DNA from: Desulfuromonadales bacterium
Lineage (GTDB): Bacteria; Desulfobacterota; Desulfuromonadia; Desulfuromonadales; BM103
Direction: 5' to 3'
Assembly: GCA_035269105.1 (NCBI GenBank)
Contig: DATFJP010000134.1
Coordinates: 1-47,923 of the forward strand
DNA: 47,923 bases
Of the stretch, positions 9,483 to 19,704 are shown one piece after another. Made by a program: the position numbers and the translations under genes. The notes below the pieces were generated by a model that saw nothing but the letters and a program-made list of their open reading frames with translations, did not search any database and had not been told where the DNA came from. Positions within the stretch are counted from its first letter, which is position 1, and each line of letters begins with the position of its first letter.

Positions 9483-9702
9483 GGCTTTCAAGGGCATCGG
9501 GCATCCTGCTTTCTAACGGTGCTCCGGGCCACGGGAAAGACGGTTGTCCCCTGGAGGTCCCGGTTTGCGCCGGCCTCGAGGAATTGAGTAACAAGGTCAA
9601 GCGGCTCGAGAATGGGTCGAGACAAACCGCGAAATCTGGAACCACTGGCTGAAGGAGGTCCGCCTGGCAGCCAAAAAGCAAAAGCCGTTATTCTGGAAGA
9701 GA

Positions 9703-9735
9703 GAACAGGCCGGAGGAAATCCCCCCGGCCTGTTC
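9703..9735. terminator. Hairpin between convergent permease and flavoprotein genes
   Basis: GAACAGGCCGG-N11-CCGGCCTGTTC, an 11-bp perfect stem. U-tracts on both sides are weak. Confidence 0.35.
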
Positions 9736-9760
9736 CAGTCTGGCCTCTGCCGATCTGTCG

Positions 9761-10354
9761 TTATCCCGAAGGGCTTTGCAGGTGTCGGACCAGCTCCTCT
9801 CCGGCCTGCTCGGCCCGTTGCAGAACCAGGGGCTCGGTTTTAACGCGGCCGGCTTCGAAAAAGCCCAGGACCTTGACGACATCGATCACCTCAAAACCGA
9901 TATCACGGGCGAAGTCAGTGAGCAGGACCGAGGTATTGCCCATCATGGCTTCATCCTGCTGTTCGTTGACGGCGGTGGTGACGCAAAGCTTGCCGGTCTC
10001 CTGGTATTTGCCGATCCACTGGTGGCGGCTGTGCGGATACTGGATCAGGCTGTAGCAACGGTCGATGAAGCGCTTCATGTCCGAGGTGACCGTATACCAA
10101 TAGGTGGGCGAACCGAGGATAATACCGTCCGCCGCGTCCATTTTCGCCACAAGCAGGGCAAAGTCGTCGTCGATGACGCATTCCCAGGATTTGCTGCAGC
10201 CCTCACAGCCGGTGCAGGCATCGATCGCGTAGTCGCCGAGATGCAAGGTTTCGACCGGGATGTCCGCCTGGATGGCCGGCTGCAGGATTGCGTCAATCAG
10301 GCACCTGGTGTTCCCTGCTTTGCGGCGACTGCCGTTGATCGCGAGAATGTTCAT
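9761..10354 (-). CDS. Flavodoxin-fold FMN reductase / iron-sulfur flavoprotein-like protein
   Basis: 197 aa. MNILAINGSRRKAGNT, CTGCEGCSKSWEC Cys cluster and ADGIILGSPTYWY motifs. Paralogous in type to the gene at 220-816. Confidence 0.75.
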   Translation of the reverse strand: MNILAINGSRRKAGNTRCLIDAILQPAIQADIPVETLHLGDYAIDACTGCEGCSKSWECVIDDDFALLVAKMDAADGIILGSPTYWYTVTSDMKRFIDRCYSLIQYPHSRHQWIGKYQETGKLCVTTAVNEQQDEAMMGNTSVLLTDFARDIGFEVIDVVKVLGFFEAGRVKTEPLVLQRAEQAGEELVRHLQSPSG

Positions 10355-10364
10355 GTCTTTTCTC

Positions 10365-10601
10365 CTAGGGTTTGCGGCTTGAGACGCACAGGGGGATCAG
10401 GAAGACCACGCAGGCCAGCAGAAACAGGATGCCGCCGATCAAGGTCAAAATATCCTGGTTCTTGACGGCGGAGGCAATGAAAAACAGGGCGCAGACCACG
10501 AACAGCAGCCAGCCGGCCAAGTGATAAGTGTCTTCAGACCGGACTCTGCCTTCGCCCTCTTTACCTGTTTTGTCGGTGTTCTCTTCGGCCATAATCTTCA
10601 A
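10365..10601 (-). CDS. Small two-TM membrane protein
   Basis: 78 aa with a charged N-terminus followed by two hydrophobic helices. Located 10 nt upstream of the flavoprotein gene on the same strand. Confidence 0.45.
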   Translation of the reverse strand: MKIMAEENTDKTGKEGEGRVRSEDTYHLAGWLLFVVCALFFIASAVKNQDILTLIGGILFLLACVVFLIPLCVSSRKP

Positions 10602-10817
10602 AACGTTCGGTAGCGACCGTCCCGGCCAATAACTGCGTTGGCTGCAAGTTGCCGCGACCTCAAATAATGCCCGATCTTAACGGGGAAGGGTGAAAAGCGC
10701 AAGCGGAGCCGCGCCGGTCCGGTCGCGATTTCGGGGGATGCCGTTTTCTTCTGGCCGGGAAGATGGCATACTGGAAGGGTACGGAAATGTCGCTCAAAAA
10801 GAGGATATAGCAAACCG

Positions 10818-11984
10818 ATGGCAAAAACTTCTGCCCCTTCTGAACCATACCAGGGCTTTGAACTGGGGCCGATCCGGCCGCCCAGCGAGGCGGCCAGCCT
10901 GCTGCTGCGGGTGACGCGCAACTGCCCGTGGAACCGCTGCACCTTCTGCGATCTCTACCGGGGCGAAACCTTCAGCATCCGGCCGGTCGACCATCTCCGG
11001 CGCGATATCGACCAGATCAAGATCTGGATCGATCAGGCCCGGGATCTCGAGGATTTGCCAAGGGATCTTCGCCAGCAGCGTCTTGCCGCGCTGCAAAACA
11101 GCCTGTCACCCCCCGAGCAGCTGGCCTTTCATACCGCCATGAACTGGCTTCGCAACGGCATGCGCTCGGTCTTCCTCCAGGACGCCAACTCTCTGGTCAT
11201 GCCGCCGGCCGAACTGGCCGCTGTCCTGGAATATCTGCGCCGGCTCTTCCCGCAGGTGGCGCGCATCACCTCCTATGCCCGTTCCCAGTCGGTGGCCAGG
11301 ATCAGCGACGCCGATCTGGCTCGCCTGGCCGCGGCCGGCCTCAACCGGATTCACATCGGTATGGAATCAGGATCGGACCAGGTGCTGGCCCGGGTCAGAA
11401 AGGGTGTCGACCAGGCGACCCACGTGGCCGCCGGCCACAAGGTCAAAGCTGCCGGTATCGAACTTTCCGAATATGTCATGCCCGGCCTGGGCGGTCGGGA
11501 ACACTCCGAGGAGCATGCCCTGCAGACAGCAATGGCCCTCAACCAGATCGACCCGGACTTTATCCGCATCCGATCCCTGGCGATTCCCGGCAGTATCGAC
11601 CTGTGTGCAGAGGTCCGCGCCGGGACCTTCACCCCTCTCAGCGACCAGGAGACAGCGGCGGAGCTGCTGTTGCTCCTGGAATCCCTCGAAGGCATCACCA
11701 GCATGGTCAAAAGCGACCATATCCTGAACCTGCTGCAGGAAGTCGAAGGCCGGCTGCCGGACGGTCGGGAGCGCATGCTGGAACCGCTGCGCGCTTTTCT
11801 GGCCATGCCCGCCGAGCAGCAGCTGCTTTACCAGGTTGGGCGAAGAAGCGGCATCTTCGCGCAGCTGGCCGACCTGGAGGATCACATGCTGCGCTGGCAC
11901 GCGGAAAAGGCCGTGGCGGCCCACCGGGTCACCCCGGACAATGTCGAACGCTGGATCGCGGAGATGCTGCAGCGGTACATCTGA
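10818..11984 (+). CDS. Radical SAM domain protein (unusual CX4CX2C cluster spacing)
   Basis: 388 aa. RNCPWNRCTFCDLY near the N-terminus, plus SYARS..., GLNRIHIGMESGSD and MPGLGG TIM-barrel motifs typical of radical SAM enzymes. Confidence 0.7.
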   Translation: MAKTSAPSEPYQGFELGPIRPPSEAASLLLRVTRNCPWNRCTFCDLYRGETFSIRPVDHLRRDIDQIKIWIDQARDLEDLPRDLRQQRLAALQNSLSPPEQLAFHTAMNWLRNGMRSVFLQDANSLVMPPAELAAVLEYLRRLFPQVARITSYARSQSVARISDADLARLAAAGLNRIHIGMESGSDQVLARVRKGVDQATHVAAGHKVKAAGIELSEYVMPGLGGREHSEEHALQTAMALNQIDPDFIRIRSLAIPGSIDLCAEVRAGTFTPLSDQETAAELLLLLESLEGITSMVKSDHILNLLQEVEGRLPDGRERMLEPLRAFLAMPAEQQLLYQVGRRSGIFAQLADLEDHMLRWHAEKAVAAHRVTPDNVERWIAEMLQRYI

Positions 11985-12061
11985 GCAGGGGGGATGATCG
12001 ATAAAAGTGCGTTCTGAGCACGGTATGATCTCACGCAAAGCCGTAATCCACGGCTGTCCAT

Positions 12062-12373
12062 CTAATTGACGTCCTCAGCCGGGTCTGCCCGTAACAAGCG
12101 GTCGATATGTCTACACCAGGCGTTGCTGCCGCGCTCGGGAACAGCCGGCCGGCCGCGAATCCCCAGCTTGAACTCGACCGTCGACTGCCACTCGAGTGAG
12201 CCGGGGTCCGGGCCGTGGCCCCGGCCGTCCCCGGTGGGCACCCGGCTTTCGACGGCACGGTACCAGGCCTTCGTGCACGGCTCGGCTGAGATCGGCCCCG
12301 GTTCCGGTGCGCTCCGGTTATTGGCCGTGGCGCAGGCGCTCAGCAGCAGAACAAAGACCGTCCAGATTTTCAT
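12062..12373 (-). CDS. Small lipoprotein, unknown function
   Basis: 103 aa. Signal peptide with lipobox LLSAC. Start overlaps the sirtuin stop by 4 nt (ATGA coupling). Confidence 0.45.
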   Translation of the reverse strand: MKIWTVFVLLLSACATANNRSAPEPGPISAEPCTKAWYRAVESRVPTGDGRGHGPDPGSLEWQSTVEFKLGIRGRPAVPERGSNAWCRHIDRLLRADPAEDVN

Positions 12374-13125
12374 GGTCTCTCCAGGCTGACCTGCTTCTCG
12401 AGCTGCCGGCAGAATTCATCGAGGTTGGCATTGACGACGCGGTACTTTCTGCCCGGCAGCAATGCCGCTTCGCCCTGGTTGACGACGATGACCGGCGCCG
12501 CCGTCACTTCCGGCAGCAGGGCAGCCGGGTAGACGGTCAGGGAGGTGCCGAACACCAGCAGCAAGTCACAGTCCCGGACGGCCGCTTCCGCGTCCGCGTA
12601 CCTGTCGACCATCTCACCGTAGAAGACAATGTCCGGCTTGAGCAGGCCTCGGCAGGCCGGACACAAAGCCACCTTTCGGTTCGCATCGGCCTGCAGGGCC
12701 AGCCGCCACCAGGGCAGGCCCAGGTCCGCAAAGTTCCGGCCGCAACTGCGGCAGGTCGCCGAGGTGAAGGAGCCATGCAGTTCGATCACGTCACGGCTGC
12801 CGGCTGCCTGGTGCAGCATGTCGATGTTCTGGGTGACCACAGTCGAGAGCCGTCCGGCCTGCTCCAGGCGGGCCAGAAAGGTGTGGGCGAAGGTCGGCCG
12901 GATGCGCTCCAGAAGATCCAGGAAATCGACGGCGAACCGGTAGAAATACCTGGGATCCTCTTCGAAGCCGCGAATATCGAACGTCATCTCCGGGTCGTAC
13001 CGCCGGGTGGCGTAGAGCCCCTGCGGTCCGCGGAAATCGGGCACCCCGGCGGCCGTGGACAAGCCGGCGCCGGTCAGGGCGACGATATTATCGGCCTCTT
13101 CAATGAGGGCGGCGATTTCTGCCAT
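12370..13125 (-). CDS. cobB: NAD-dependent protein deacylase (Sir2/CobB family)
   Basis: 251 aa. GAGLSTAAGVPDFRG, TQNIDMLH and the zinc ribbon CRSCG...CPAC, followed by KPDIVFYGE. Confidence 0.85.
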   Translation of the reverse strand: MAEIAALIEEADNIVALTGAGLSTAAGVPDFRGPQGLYATRRYDPEMTFDIRGFEEDPRYFYRFAVDFLDLLERIRPTFAHTFLARLEQAGRLSTVVTQNIDMLHQAAGSRDVIELHGSFTSATCRSCGRNFADLGLPWWRLALQADANRKVALCPACRGLLKPDIVFYGEMVDRYADAEAAVRDCDLLLVFGTSLTVYPAALLPEVTAAPVIVVNQGEAALLPGRKYRVVNANLDEFCRQLEKQVSLERP

Positions 13126-13244
13126 TTTTTTCCATCCCGCTCATAGCGAAGAAACCTCATGCAGGGTCTGATTCTAAAATCGACAATCAGTGAGGGGACA
13201 CTTTTGTCTATGTGCTCTTGGGAAGTGTCCCGGTTGGGAATAGT

Positions 13245-13868
13245 TTAGGTTCGGGCCTGGTAACTGGTCATGAGGTTACGGTAGTTCGGGATATGGTCCG
13301 AAAGCAGCTTACCGAGGCCTTCGATGTCGTTGCGCCAGTCGCGATGCAGTTCGCAGGCCACGCTGAACCAGTTCATCAGCTGTGCGCCCGCATGGGCCAT
13401 CCGGATCCAGGCCGCTTGGCGAACTTCCGGGTTGAAGGTTCCCGAAGCGTCGGTGACGATGAAAACCTCGTAGCCCGCCTCAAGGGCCGAGAGGGCGGGA
13501 AAAGCCACGCACACGTCAGTGACCACACCGGCAATGATAAGCTGCTTGCAGCCGGTTTCCTCGATGGCCCCAACAAAGTCATCGTTGTCCCATGCGTTTA
13601 TCTGGCCCGGGCGGGCGATGAAAGGCGCATCGGGAAAGGTCTCCTTCAACTCGGGGACGATCGGGCCATTCGGACCGTCTTCGAAGCTGGTTGTCAAAAT
13701 CGTCGGCAGCTTAAAGAATCGGGCAACGGTGGCCAGGGCCAGGACGTTGTTCTTGAATTCGCCCGGCGAAAAATCCTGGACCAGAGATATCAAGCCAGCC
13801 TGATGATCAATCAGGAGGCAGGCCGCCTGCTCCTTGGCGAGTCGGGTGTATTGGAATGACTTGTTCAT
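13245..13868 (-). CDS. ycaC: Isochorismatase-family hydrolase, YcaC type
   Basis: 207 aa from ATG 13868 (GGAGGAAACAG RBS). LLIDHQAGL, LPTILTTSFE.GPNGP, IIAGVVTDVCVAFPALSA and CELHRDWRNDIEG closely resemble E. coli YcaC as I recall it. Confidence 0.8.
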   Translation of the reverse strand: MNKSFQYTRLAKEQAACLLIDHQAGLISLVQDFSPGEFKNNVLALATVARFFKLPTILTTSFEDGPNGPIVPELKETFPDAPFIARPGQINAWDNDDFVGAIEETGCKQLIIAGVVTDVCVAFPALSALEAGYEVFIVTDASGTFNPEVRQAAWIRMAHAGAQLMNWFSVACELHRDWRNDIEGLGKLLSDHIPNYRNLMTSYQART

Positions 13869-13951
13869 GGCTGTTTCCTCCATTGCCTGTTCGACACGAA
13901 AGGGAACGTTCTCCACGACCGTCAGCGAGGCCGTCGTCAGATTAAGGCTTG

Positions 13952-14120
13952 CTAGGAGTCTGTCGGACTATCCATGAACCGGCTGGAAATCCGATCATTC
14001 GGCCCATATTTCAACTCCTTTTTGTCCCATAGCTATGGCTATGCACCTGCAAACAACCTGAAATCTGTGCTCGAAGGCTCGAATTTTCGCTTCAGTCCGT
14101 ATAGTCCGACAGCCTCCTAG
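13952..14120. mobile_element. MITE-like palindromic element with 17-20 nt terminal inverted repeats, TA-flanked
   Basis: CTAGGAGTCTGTCGGACTAT (13952-13971) versus ATAGTCCGACAGCCTCCTAG (14101-14120), 19/20 complementary. The interior folds as an imperfect long hairpin centred on CCATAGCTATGG. Confidence 0.5.
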
Positions 14121-14632
14121 GGGACGGCGACCAGCGCATAGCCCTGCCGCTGGTAGCCGAGGACCGAGATGAAGCCGTTGCCGACACGCTCGACTTCAGG
14201 CATCAGGGTCGCGGGGTCGACGCCGAGGGCGTTGACGGCGTACATGCAGACCTCCATGCGGATCCCGTCTGCCTTGAACTGCCGGATCAGGGCCGCGACC
14301 TTGTCGAGGGCTTCAACCTCCTGGGGCAGGAAGTCGCTGCGATCGGTGCTGATCAGCTTGACGGCCCCGCCGTGAAAGACCAATACGGTGCGCGGCGCCG
14401 CGTGCAGGCTGGTGACCGCCGGCGAACGATGGACATCCCGAACCGCGCCGAAGGTCACGACCGCCTGCCGCGGCGAACCCAAGGTGATATCGAATACCGA
14501 GTCCAGACCGGAAACGCCTTCGAGCGCGCGATAGTCTTCGGCCAAGGCAGGTAGGGCGGTCCACAGGAGACCGGCGGCGATCAGCGCCAAAAGCGTCCGG
14601 AATCTCCCTTCTGATAATGAGAAAGCATGCAT
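14117..14632 (-). CDS. Secreted DsrE/DsrF-like family protein
   Basis: 171 aa. Signal peptide ends ALA-ED. VLVFHGGAVKLI and MEVCMYAVNALG segments resemble the DsrE-fold family. The TAG stop lies inside the right terminal repeat of the adjacent MITE-like element. Confidence 0.5.
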   Translation of the reverse strand: MHAFSLSEGRFRTLLALIAAGLLWTALPALAEDYRALEGVSGLDSVFDITLGSPRQAVVTFGAVRDVHRSPAVTSLHAAPRTVLVFHGGAVKLISTDRSDFLPQEVEALDKVAALIRQFKADGIRMEVCMYAVNALGVDPATLMPEVERVGNGFISVLGYQRQGYALVAVP

Positions 14633-15054
14633 GGTTTTCTCCTGGTCAAAATGGCGAGGAAAGGTACCGGCAAGAGAAGCGGAATCTCCGCATCGCTTTT
14701 TACTTCGACTATACTACGGGGTGGGAGAATGACAAGAAACGACAGGGCAGGAGGAAGCGTTGACAGCACACATCGCTACAGGGGGCCTCGTCGTCAGGGT
14801 GGGATGAGAGAGTGTGTACCCGGAGCACAGGCCGAGGTGTCGATCGATGAACACTTTCTGCTCATGTGCTGTGCAATCTGTACGCATTCAGGCTTTCATA
14901 TCGCTTGTCCCTCTTCGCCAAGACCTTGAAAAAACAAAGTTTGTGATTCTTGGCATGCCTCGTGTAAGAAAGGAGCGCGAGGTGCGAAGCGTCAGATGAG
15001 AAACCGCGCAGCCTCATCATTCCGACACGCCGCTGTGTCATCCGTATGGCAATG

Positions 15055-15100
15055 AAGCCCGTTGTTGTGAACTCGTTCACAGACGCGGGCTTTTTATTTT
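15055..15100 (+). terminator. Orphan Rho-independent terminator on + strand upstream of nifH promoter
   Basis: AGCCCG..GTGAAC-TC-GTTCAC..CGGGCT two-tier hairpin followed by TTTTTATTTT. No annotated + strand gene lies upstream (the DsrE-like gene is on the - strand). Confidence 0.55.
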
Positions 15101-15210
15101 CTGCATGACATCATTCCGGCAGCGCCAGGGCGGCGCTGTCCCAGGCCAGGTTGCCCCGCCCGGACCGGACTCCGGGGCCCTGTCTGTAAACAGTTGGTAC
15201 TGTCAACATG

Positions 15211-15225
15211 CGGCACAATGAATGC
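15211..15225 (+). promoter_or_regulatory. Candidate sigma54 (-24/-12) promoter of nifH
   Basis: CGGCAC-AATGA-ATGC gives GG-N10-GC spacing and matches TGGCAC-N5-TTGC at 8 of 10 fixed positions. Lies 154 nt upstream of the nifH ATG. Confidence 0.45.
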
Positions 15226-15239
15226 GCCGCCGGGCATTG

Positions 15240-16257
<1,018 letters not shown>

Positions 16258-16268
16258 AGGGAAAACTT

Positions 16269-16405
16269 GTTTAACGCAGAGGCGCAAAGACGCCAAGAAT
16301 GAAGGTCCAATCAAATGCTTTAAAGGATGTTTTTTCTTTGCGCCTTGGTGTCTCGCCTACAGGCGCCTACTTTTGGTGAGTGAGCGCAGCGAACGGGCGT
16401 TAAAC
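16269..16405. repeat. Structured repeat element filling the nifH-nifD spacer (9-bp termini GTTTAACGC / GCGTTAAAC)
   Basis: Contains TTAACGCAGAGGCGCAAAGACGCCAAG, its partial complement CTTTGCGCCTTGGTGTCTCGCC, and GGTGAGTGAGCGCAGCGAACGGGCGT, which recurs reverse-complemented at 19488-19515. Confidence 0.6.
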
Positions 16406-16425
16406 CGTTATTAAGGAGCAAATTC

Positions 16426-17868
16426 ATGGTTGAGAGAAAGCCCATCAAGGGTGTGACCAAAGATAAAACTGAGAAACTGATCGCTGAAACCCTTGCGGAG
16501 ATGCCGGAGAAGGCGCAGAAGAAGCGGGCGCCGCATCTCGGCGCCAACGAGCCGGCCGCGGCCAAGTGTGCGGTCAAATCCAACAAGAAAGTGGTGCCGG
16601 GCGTGATGAGCCAGCGCGGCTGCGCCTACGCCGGCGCCAAAGGGGTGGTCTGGGGGCCGATCCGGGACATGGTGCACGTCTCCCACGGCCCGATCGGCTG
16701 CGGCGTCTACAGCTGGGGCACCCGGCGCAACCTGATGCAGGGCGTGCCCGGCGTGACCTCCTTCCCGATGGACTTCACCAGCGACTTCCAGGAGCGCGAC
16801 ATCGTCTACGGCGGCGACCAGAAACTGGAGAAGCTGCTGCGCGAAGCCGACGAGCTGTTCCCGCTCAACAAGGGCATGTCGATTCTGTCGGAATGCCCGG
16901 TCGGCCTGATCGGCGACGACATCAACGCCGTCGCCAGAAAGCTGGAACTGGAGCTGGAAAAGCTGGTGGTGCCCTGCAACTGCGAGGGCTTCCGCGGTGT
17001 CTCCCAGTCGCTCGGCCACCACATCTCCAACGACTCGATCCGCGACCATATCATCGGCAAGTTCAAGTTCGAAGAGGAACCCGGCCCCTACGACGTCGCC
17101 CTGATCGGCGACTACAACATCGGCGGCGACGTCTGGGCAGCCAAACCGATCCTCGAGGAGATCGGCCTGAACGTCAAGTCGGTCTGGACCGGCGATGGCG
17201 AAGTGGAGAAGATCGCAGCAACCCATTCGGTCAAGCTCAACCTGATCCACTGCTACCGTTCCATGAATTACATGTGCAAGGTCATGGAGGAACGCTGGGG
17301 CATTCCCTGGCTGGAATACAACTTCTTCGGTCCGACCAAGATCGAAGAGAGCCTGCGGGCGATCGGCGAATGCTTCGACGACACCATCAAGGCAAACGTC
17401 GAGAAGGTGATCAAAAAATACCAGCCGCAGATGCAGGCGGTGATCGAGGAATACAAGCCCCGCCTCGACGGCAAGACCGCCATGCTGTTCGTCGGCGGCC
17501 TGCGCCCGCGGCATACCATCGGCGCCTATGAAGATTTGGGTATCCAGATCACCGGCGCCGGCTACGAATTCGCCCATCAGGATGATTACGACCGCACTTC
17601 GCCGGAGATGGCCAAGGGCACCCTGATTTACGATGATGTTTCCGAGTTCGAACTGGAGAAGTTTGTCGAGGAGCTCAAGCCCGATCTGGTGGGCAGCGGC
17701 ATCAAGGAGAAGTACGTGTTCCAGAAGGCCGGCATCCCGTTCCGGCAGATGCACAGCTGGGACTACTCCGGGCCGTACCACGGCTACGAGGGCTTCAGGA
17801 TCTTCGCCCGCGACATCGACATGGCAATCAATTCGCCAACCTGGGATCTGGTAAAGAGTCCGTTTTAA
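16426..17868 (+). CDS. nifD: Nitrogenase molybdenum-iron protein alpha chain NifD
   Basis: 480 aa. [20 protein letters not shown] (FeMo-co Cys region) and [12 protein letters not shown] (His ligand region). No delta-subunit gene, so Mo-type. Confidence 0.97.
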   Translation: MVERKPIKGVTKDKTEKLIAETLAEMPEKAQKKRAPHLGANEPAAAKCAVKSNKKVVPGVMSQRGCAYAGAKGVVWGPIRDMVHVSHGPIGCGVYSWGTRRNLMQGVPGVTSFPMDFTSDFQERDIVYGGDQKLEKLLREADELFPLNKGMSILSECPVGLIGDDINAVARKLELELEKLVVPCNCEGFRGVSQSLGHHISNDSIRDHIIGKFKFEEEPGPYDVALIGDYNIGGDVWAAKPILEEIGLNVKSVWTGDGEVEKIAATHSVKLNLIHCYRSMNYMCKVMEERWGIPWLEYNFFGPTKIEESLRAIGECFDDTIKANVEKVIKKYQPQMQAVIEEYKPRLDGKTAMLFVGGLRPRHTIGAYEDLGIQITGAGYEFAHQDDYDRTSPEMAKGTLIYDDVSEFELEKFVEELKPDLVGSGIKEKYVFQKAGIPFRQMHSWDYSGPYHGYEGFRIFARDIDMAINSPTWDLVKSPF

Positions 17869-17871
17869 AAC

Positions 17872-17977
17872 CCGTAAGCCGTTATCCGTGATCCGTAAGC
17901 CGTGATCCGTGGTTGAGTCCCGGAAAGTTTTTACGGATCACCGATCACCGATCACCGATCACGGATCACCGATCACG
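17872..17977. repeat. GATC-rich heptamer-repeat hairpin element (nifD-nifK spacer)
   Basis: Left arm has CCGTGATCCGTAAG-type units. Right arm is ACGGATCACC followed by tandem GATCACC/GATCACG units. The arms are mutually complementary. Ends 7 nt before the nifK AGGAG. Confidence 0.75.
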
Positions 17978-17994
17978 ATTTTAGGAGATAAACC

Positions 17995-19458
17995 ATGAGT
18001 GCAGAAACTGCTGTGAAATTCGTGACCCCGACGCCTCCCGAGGAGGTGGAACGGGTCAAGGAATGGATCAATTCCGAAGAGTATAAAGAGAAAAACTTCG
18101 CCCGCACCGCCCTGGTGGTCAATCCCGCCCACGCCTGCCAGCCGCTTGGTGCGCAGATGGTGGCCCACGGCTTCGAAGGCTCATTGCCTTTCGTGCACGG
18201 GTCCCAGGGCTGCGCCTCCTATTTCCGCAGCACTTTCTCCCGGCACTATCGGGAGCCCTCGGCGGCGACCTGCGACGCCATGACCGAGGACGGGGCTGTG
18301 TTTGGCGGCCAGAACAACCTGTTCGAGGGCCTGGAGAACGCCTATGCCCTGTACAAGCCGAAGATGATGCCGGTCTACACCACCTGCATGCCGGAGGTAA
18401 TCGGCGACGACCTGACCGCGTTCATCCGGAATGCCAAACAGAACAACCTGATTCCGGAGGACTTGCCGACGCCCTACGCCAACACGCCGAGCTTCAACGG
18501 CACCCATATCCACGGTTACGACGCCATGCTGAAGAGTGTCCTGGCGGACCTGACCGCCGGGCAGAGCATCGAGGGCAAGTGCACCGGCAAGCTGAACATC
18601 ATTCCCGGCTTCGACGGCAACGTCGGCAACCTGCGCGAATACAAGCGGATCTGCGAGCTGATGGGGATTCCCTACACCATGCTGGCCGACGTCTCCGACG
18701 TGTTCGACTCCGGGTGCGACGGCGAATACAAACTCTATCCGGGAGGCACGAAACTGGAGGATGCCGCGGAATCGGTCAACGGCAAAGCGACTCTCGCCCT
18801 GCAGAGCTACGCCACCAAGACCACCATGAAGTGGATCGATGCCGAGTTTACGGGCGAAAAGGCGGTGCTGCCGATGCCGTTCGGCATCAAAAAGACCGAC
18901 GAACTGCTGCTGAAACTGGCCGAACTGTTCGACAAGCCGGTCCCCGCCCAGCTCAAGGCGGAACGGGCCCGCGCGGTCGATGCCATGACCGACGCTCACC
19001 AGTACATTCACGGTTTGAAATTCGCCGTCGCCGGCGACCCGGACTACCTGCTCGGCATCATCTCCTTCCTGCTCGAAATGGGCGCCCGGCCCTGGCACAT
19101 CATCTGCTCGCGGGCGACCAAGAAGTTCAAGAAGGAGATGGACGCCCTGCTCGAGACCTCGCCCTTCGGCGCCGGCTGCACCACCTACATCAACAAGGAC
19201 CTCTGGCACCTGCGCAGTCTGCTGATGACCGACCCGGTGGACGGCCTGATCGGCGACACCCACGCCAAGTGGGCAGCGCGCGATGCCAAGATCCCGCTGT
19301 TCCGGGTCGGTTTCCCGATCATGGACCGGGTCAACCTGCACCGCTCGCCGGTGGTCGGCTACCAGGGCACCATCAACCTGCTGACCATGATCGTCAACAA
19401 GTTCCTGGATATCAAGGATGAGACGTGTGAGGACCAGTGGTTCGAAATGATGAGGTAA
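17995..19458 (+). CDS. nifK: Nitrogenase molybdenum-iron protein beta chain NifK
   Basis: 487 aa. ACQPLGA, FVHGSQGCASY and TTCMPEVIGDD P-cluster ligand motifs. AGGAG RBS. Confidence 0.97.
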   Translation: MSAETAVKFVTPTPPEEVERVKEWINSEEYKEKNFARTALVVNPAHACQPLGAQMVAHGFEGSLPFVHGSQGCASYFRSTFSRHYREPSAATCDAMTEDGAVFGGQNNLFEGLENAYALYKPKMMPVYTTCMPEVIGDDLTAFIRNAKQNNLIPEDLPTPYANTPSFNGTHIHGYDAMLKSVLADLTAGQSIEGKCTGKLNIIPGFDGNVGNLREYKRICELMGIPYTMLADVSDVFDSGCDGEYKLYPGGTKLEDAAESVNGKATLALQSYATKTTMKWIDAEFTGEKAVLPMPFGIKKTDELLLKLAELFDKPVPAQLKAERARAVDAMTDAHQYIHGLKFAVAGDPDYLLGIISFLLEMGARPWHIICSRATKKFKKEMDALLETSPFGAGCTTYINKDLWHLRSLLMTDPVDGLIGDTHAKWAARDAKIPLFRVGFPIMDRVNLHRSPVVGYQGTINLLTMIVNKFLDIKDETCEDQWFEMMR

Positions 19459-19487
19459 GTCACGGTGACCATTGTTCAAAGGCATTC

Positions 19488-19612
19488 TCACGCCCGTTCG
19501 TTTCACTCACTCAAGTTCGCGGAGTGCGCAGTTAAAGTCCGTTTTTGATTCGCTTGGTAAAAGGAATTGTCAAACAAATATGGTTAACCGCGAACTTTGC
19601 GAACACTGCGTG
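19488..19612. repeat. Structured repeat element in the nifK-nifX spacer
   Basis: CACGCCCGTTCGTTTCACTCACTCA is related to the reverse complement of 16375-16400. AAGTTCGCGG (19513-19522) pairs with CCGCGAACTT (19588-19597). Confidence 0.5.
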
Positions 19613-19704
19613 AAAAATTGGTTTTCGATAGTCGATTGCAGATGAAATCGATGATCAGAATACGCAGGTTTGAAATCGTCAGCACCCGCGAGAAAGGGTT
19701 GAGC

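Noticed and set aside
14995-15054. 19-codon mini-ORF (MRNRAASSFRHAAVSSVWQ) before the orphan terminator
   Set aside because: It is too short, has no convincing RBS spacing, and its composition is not informative. The locus is treated as a non-coding RNA candidate instead.
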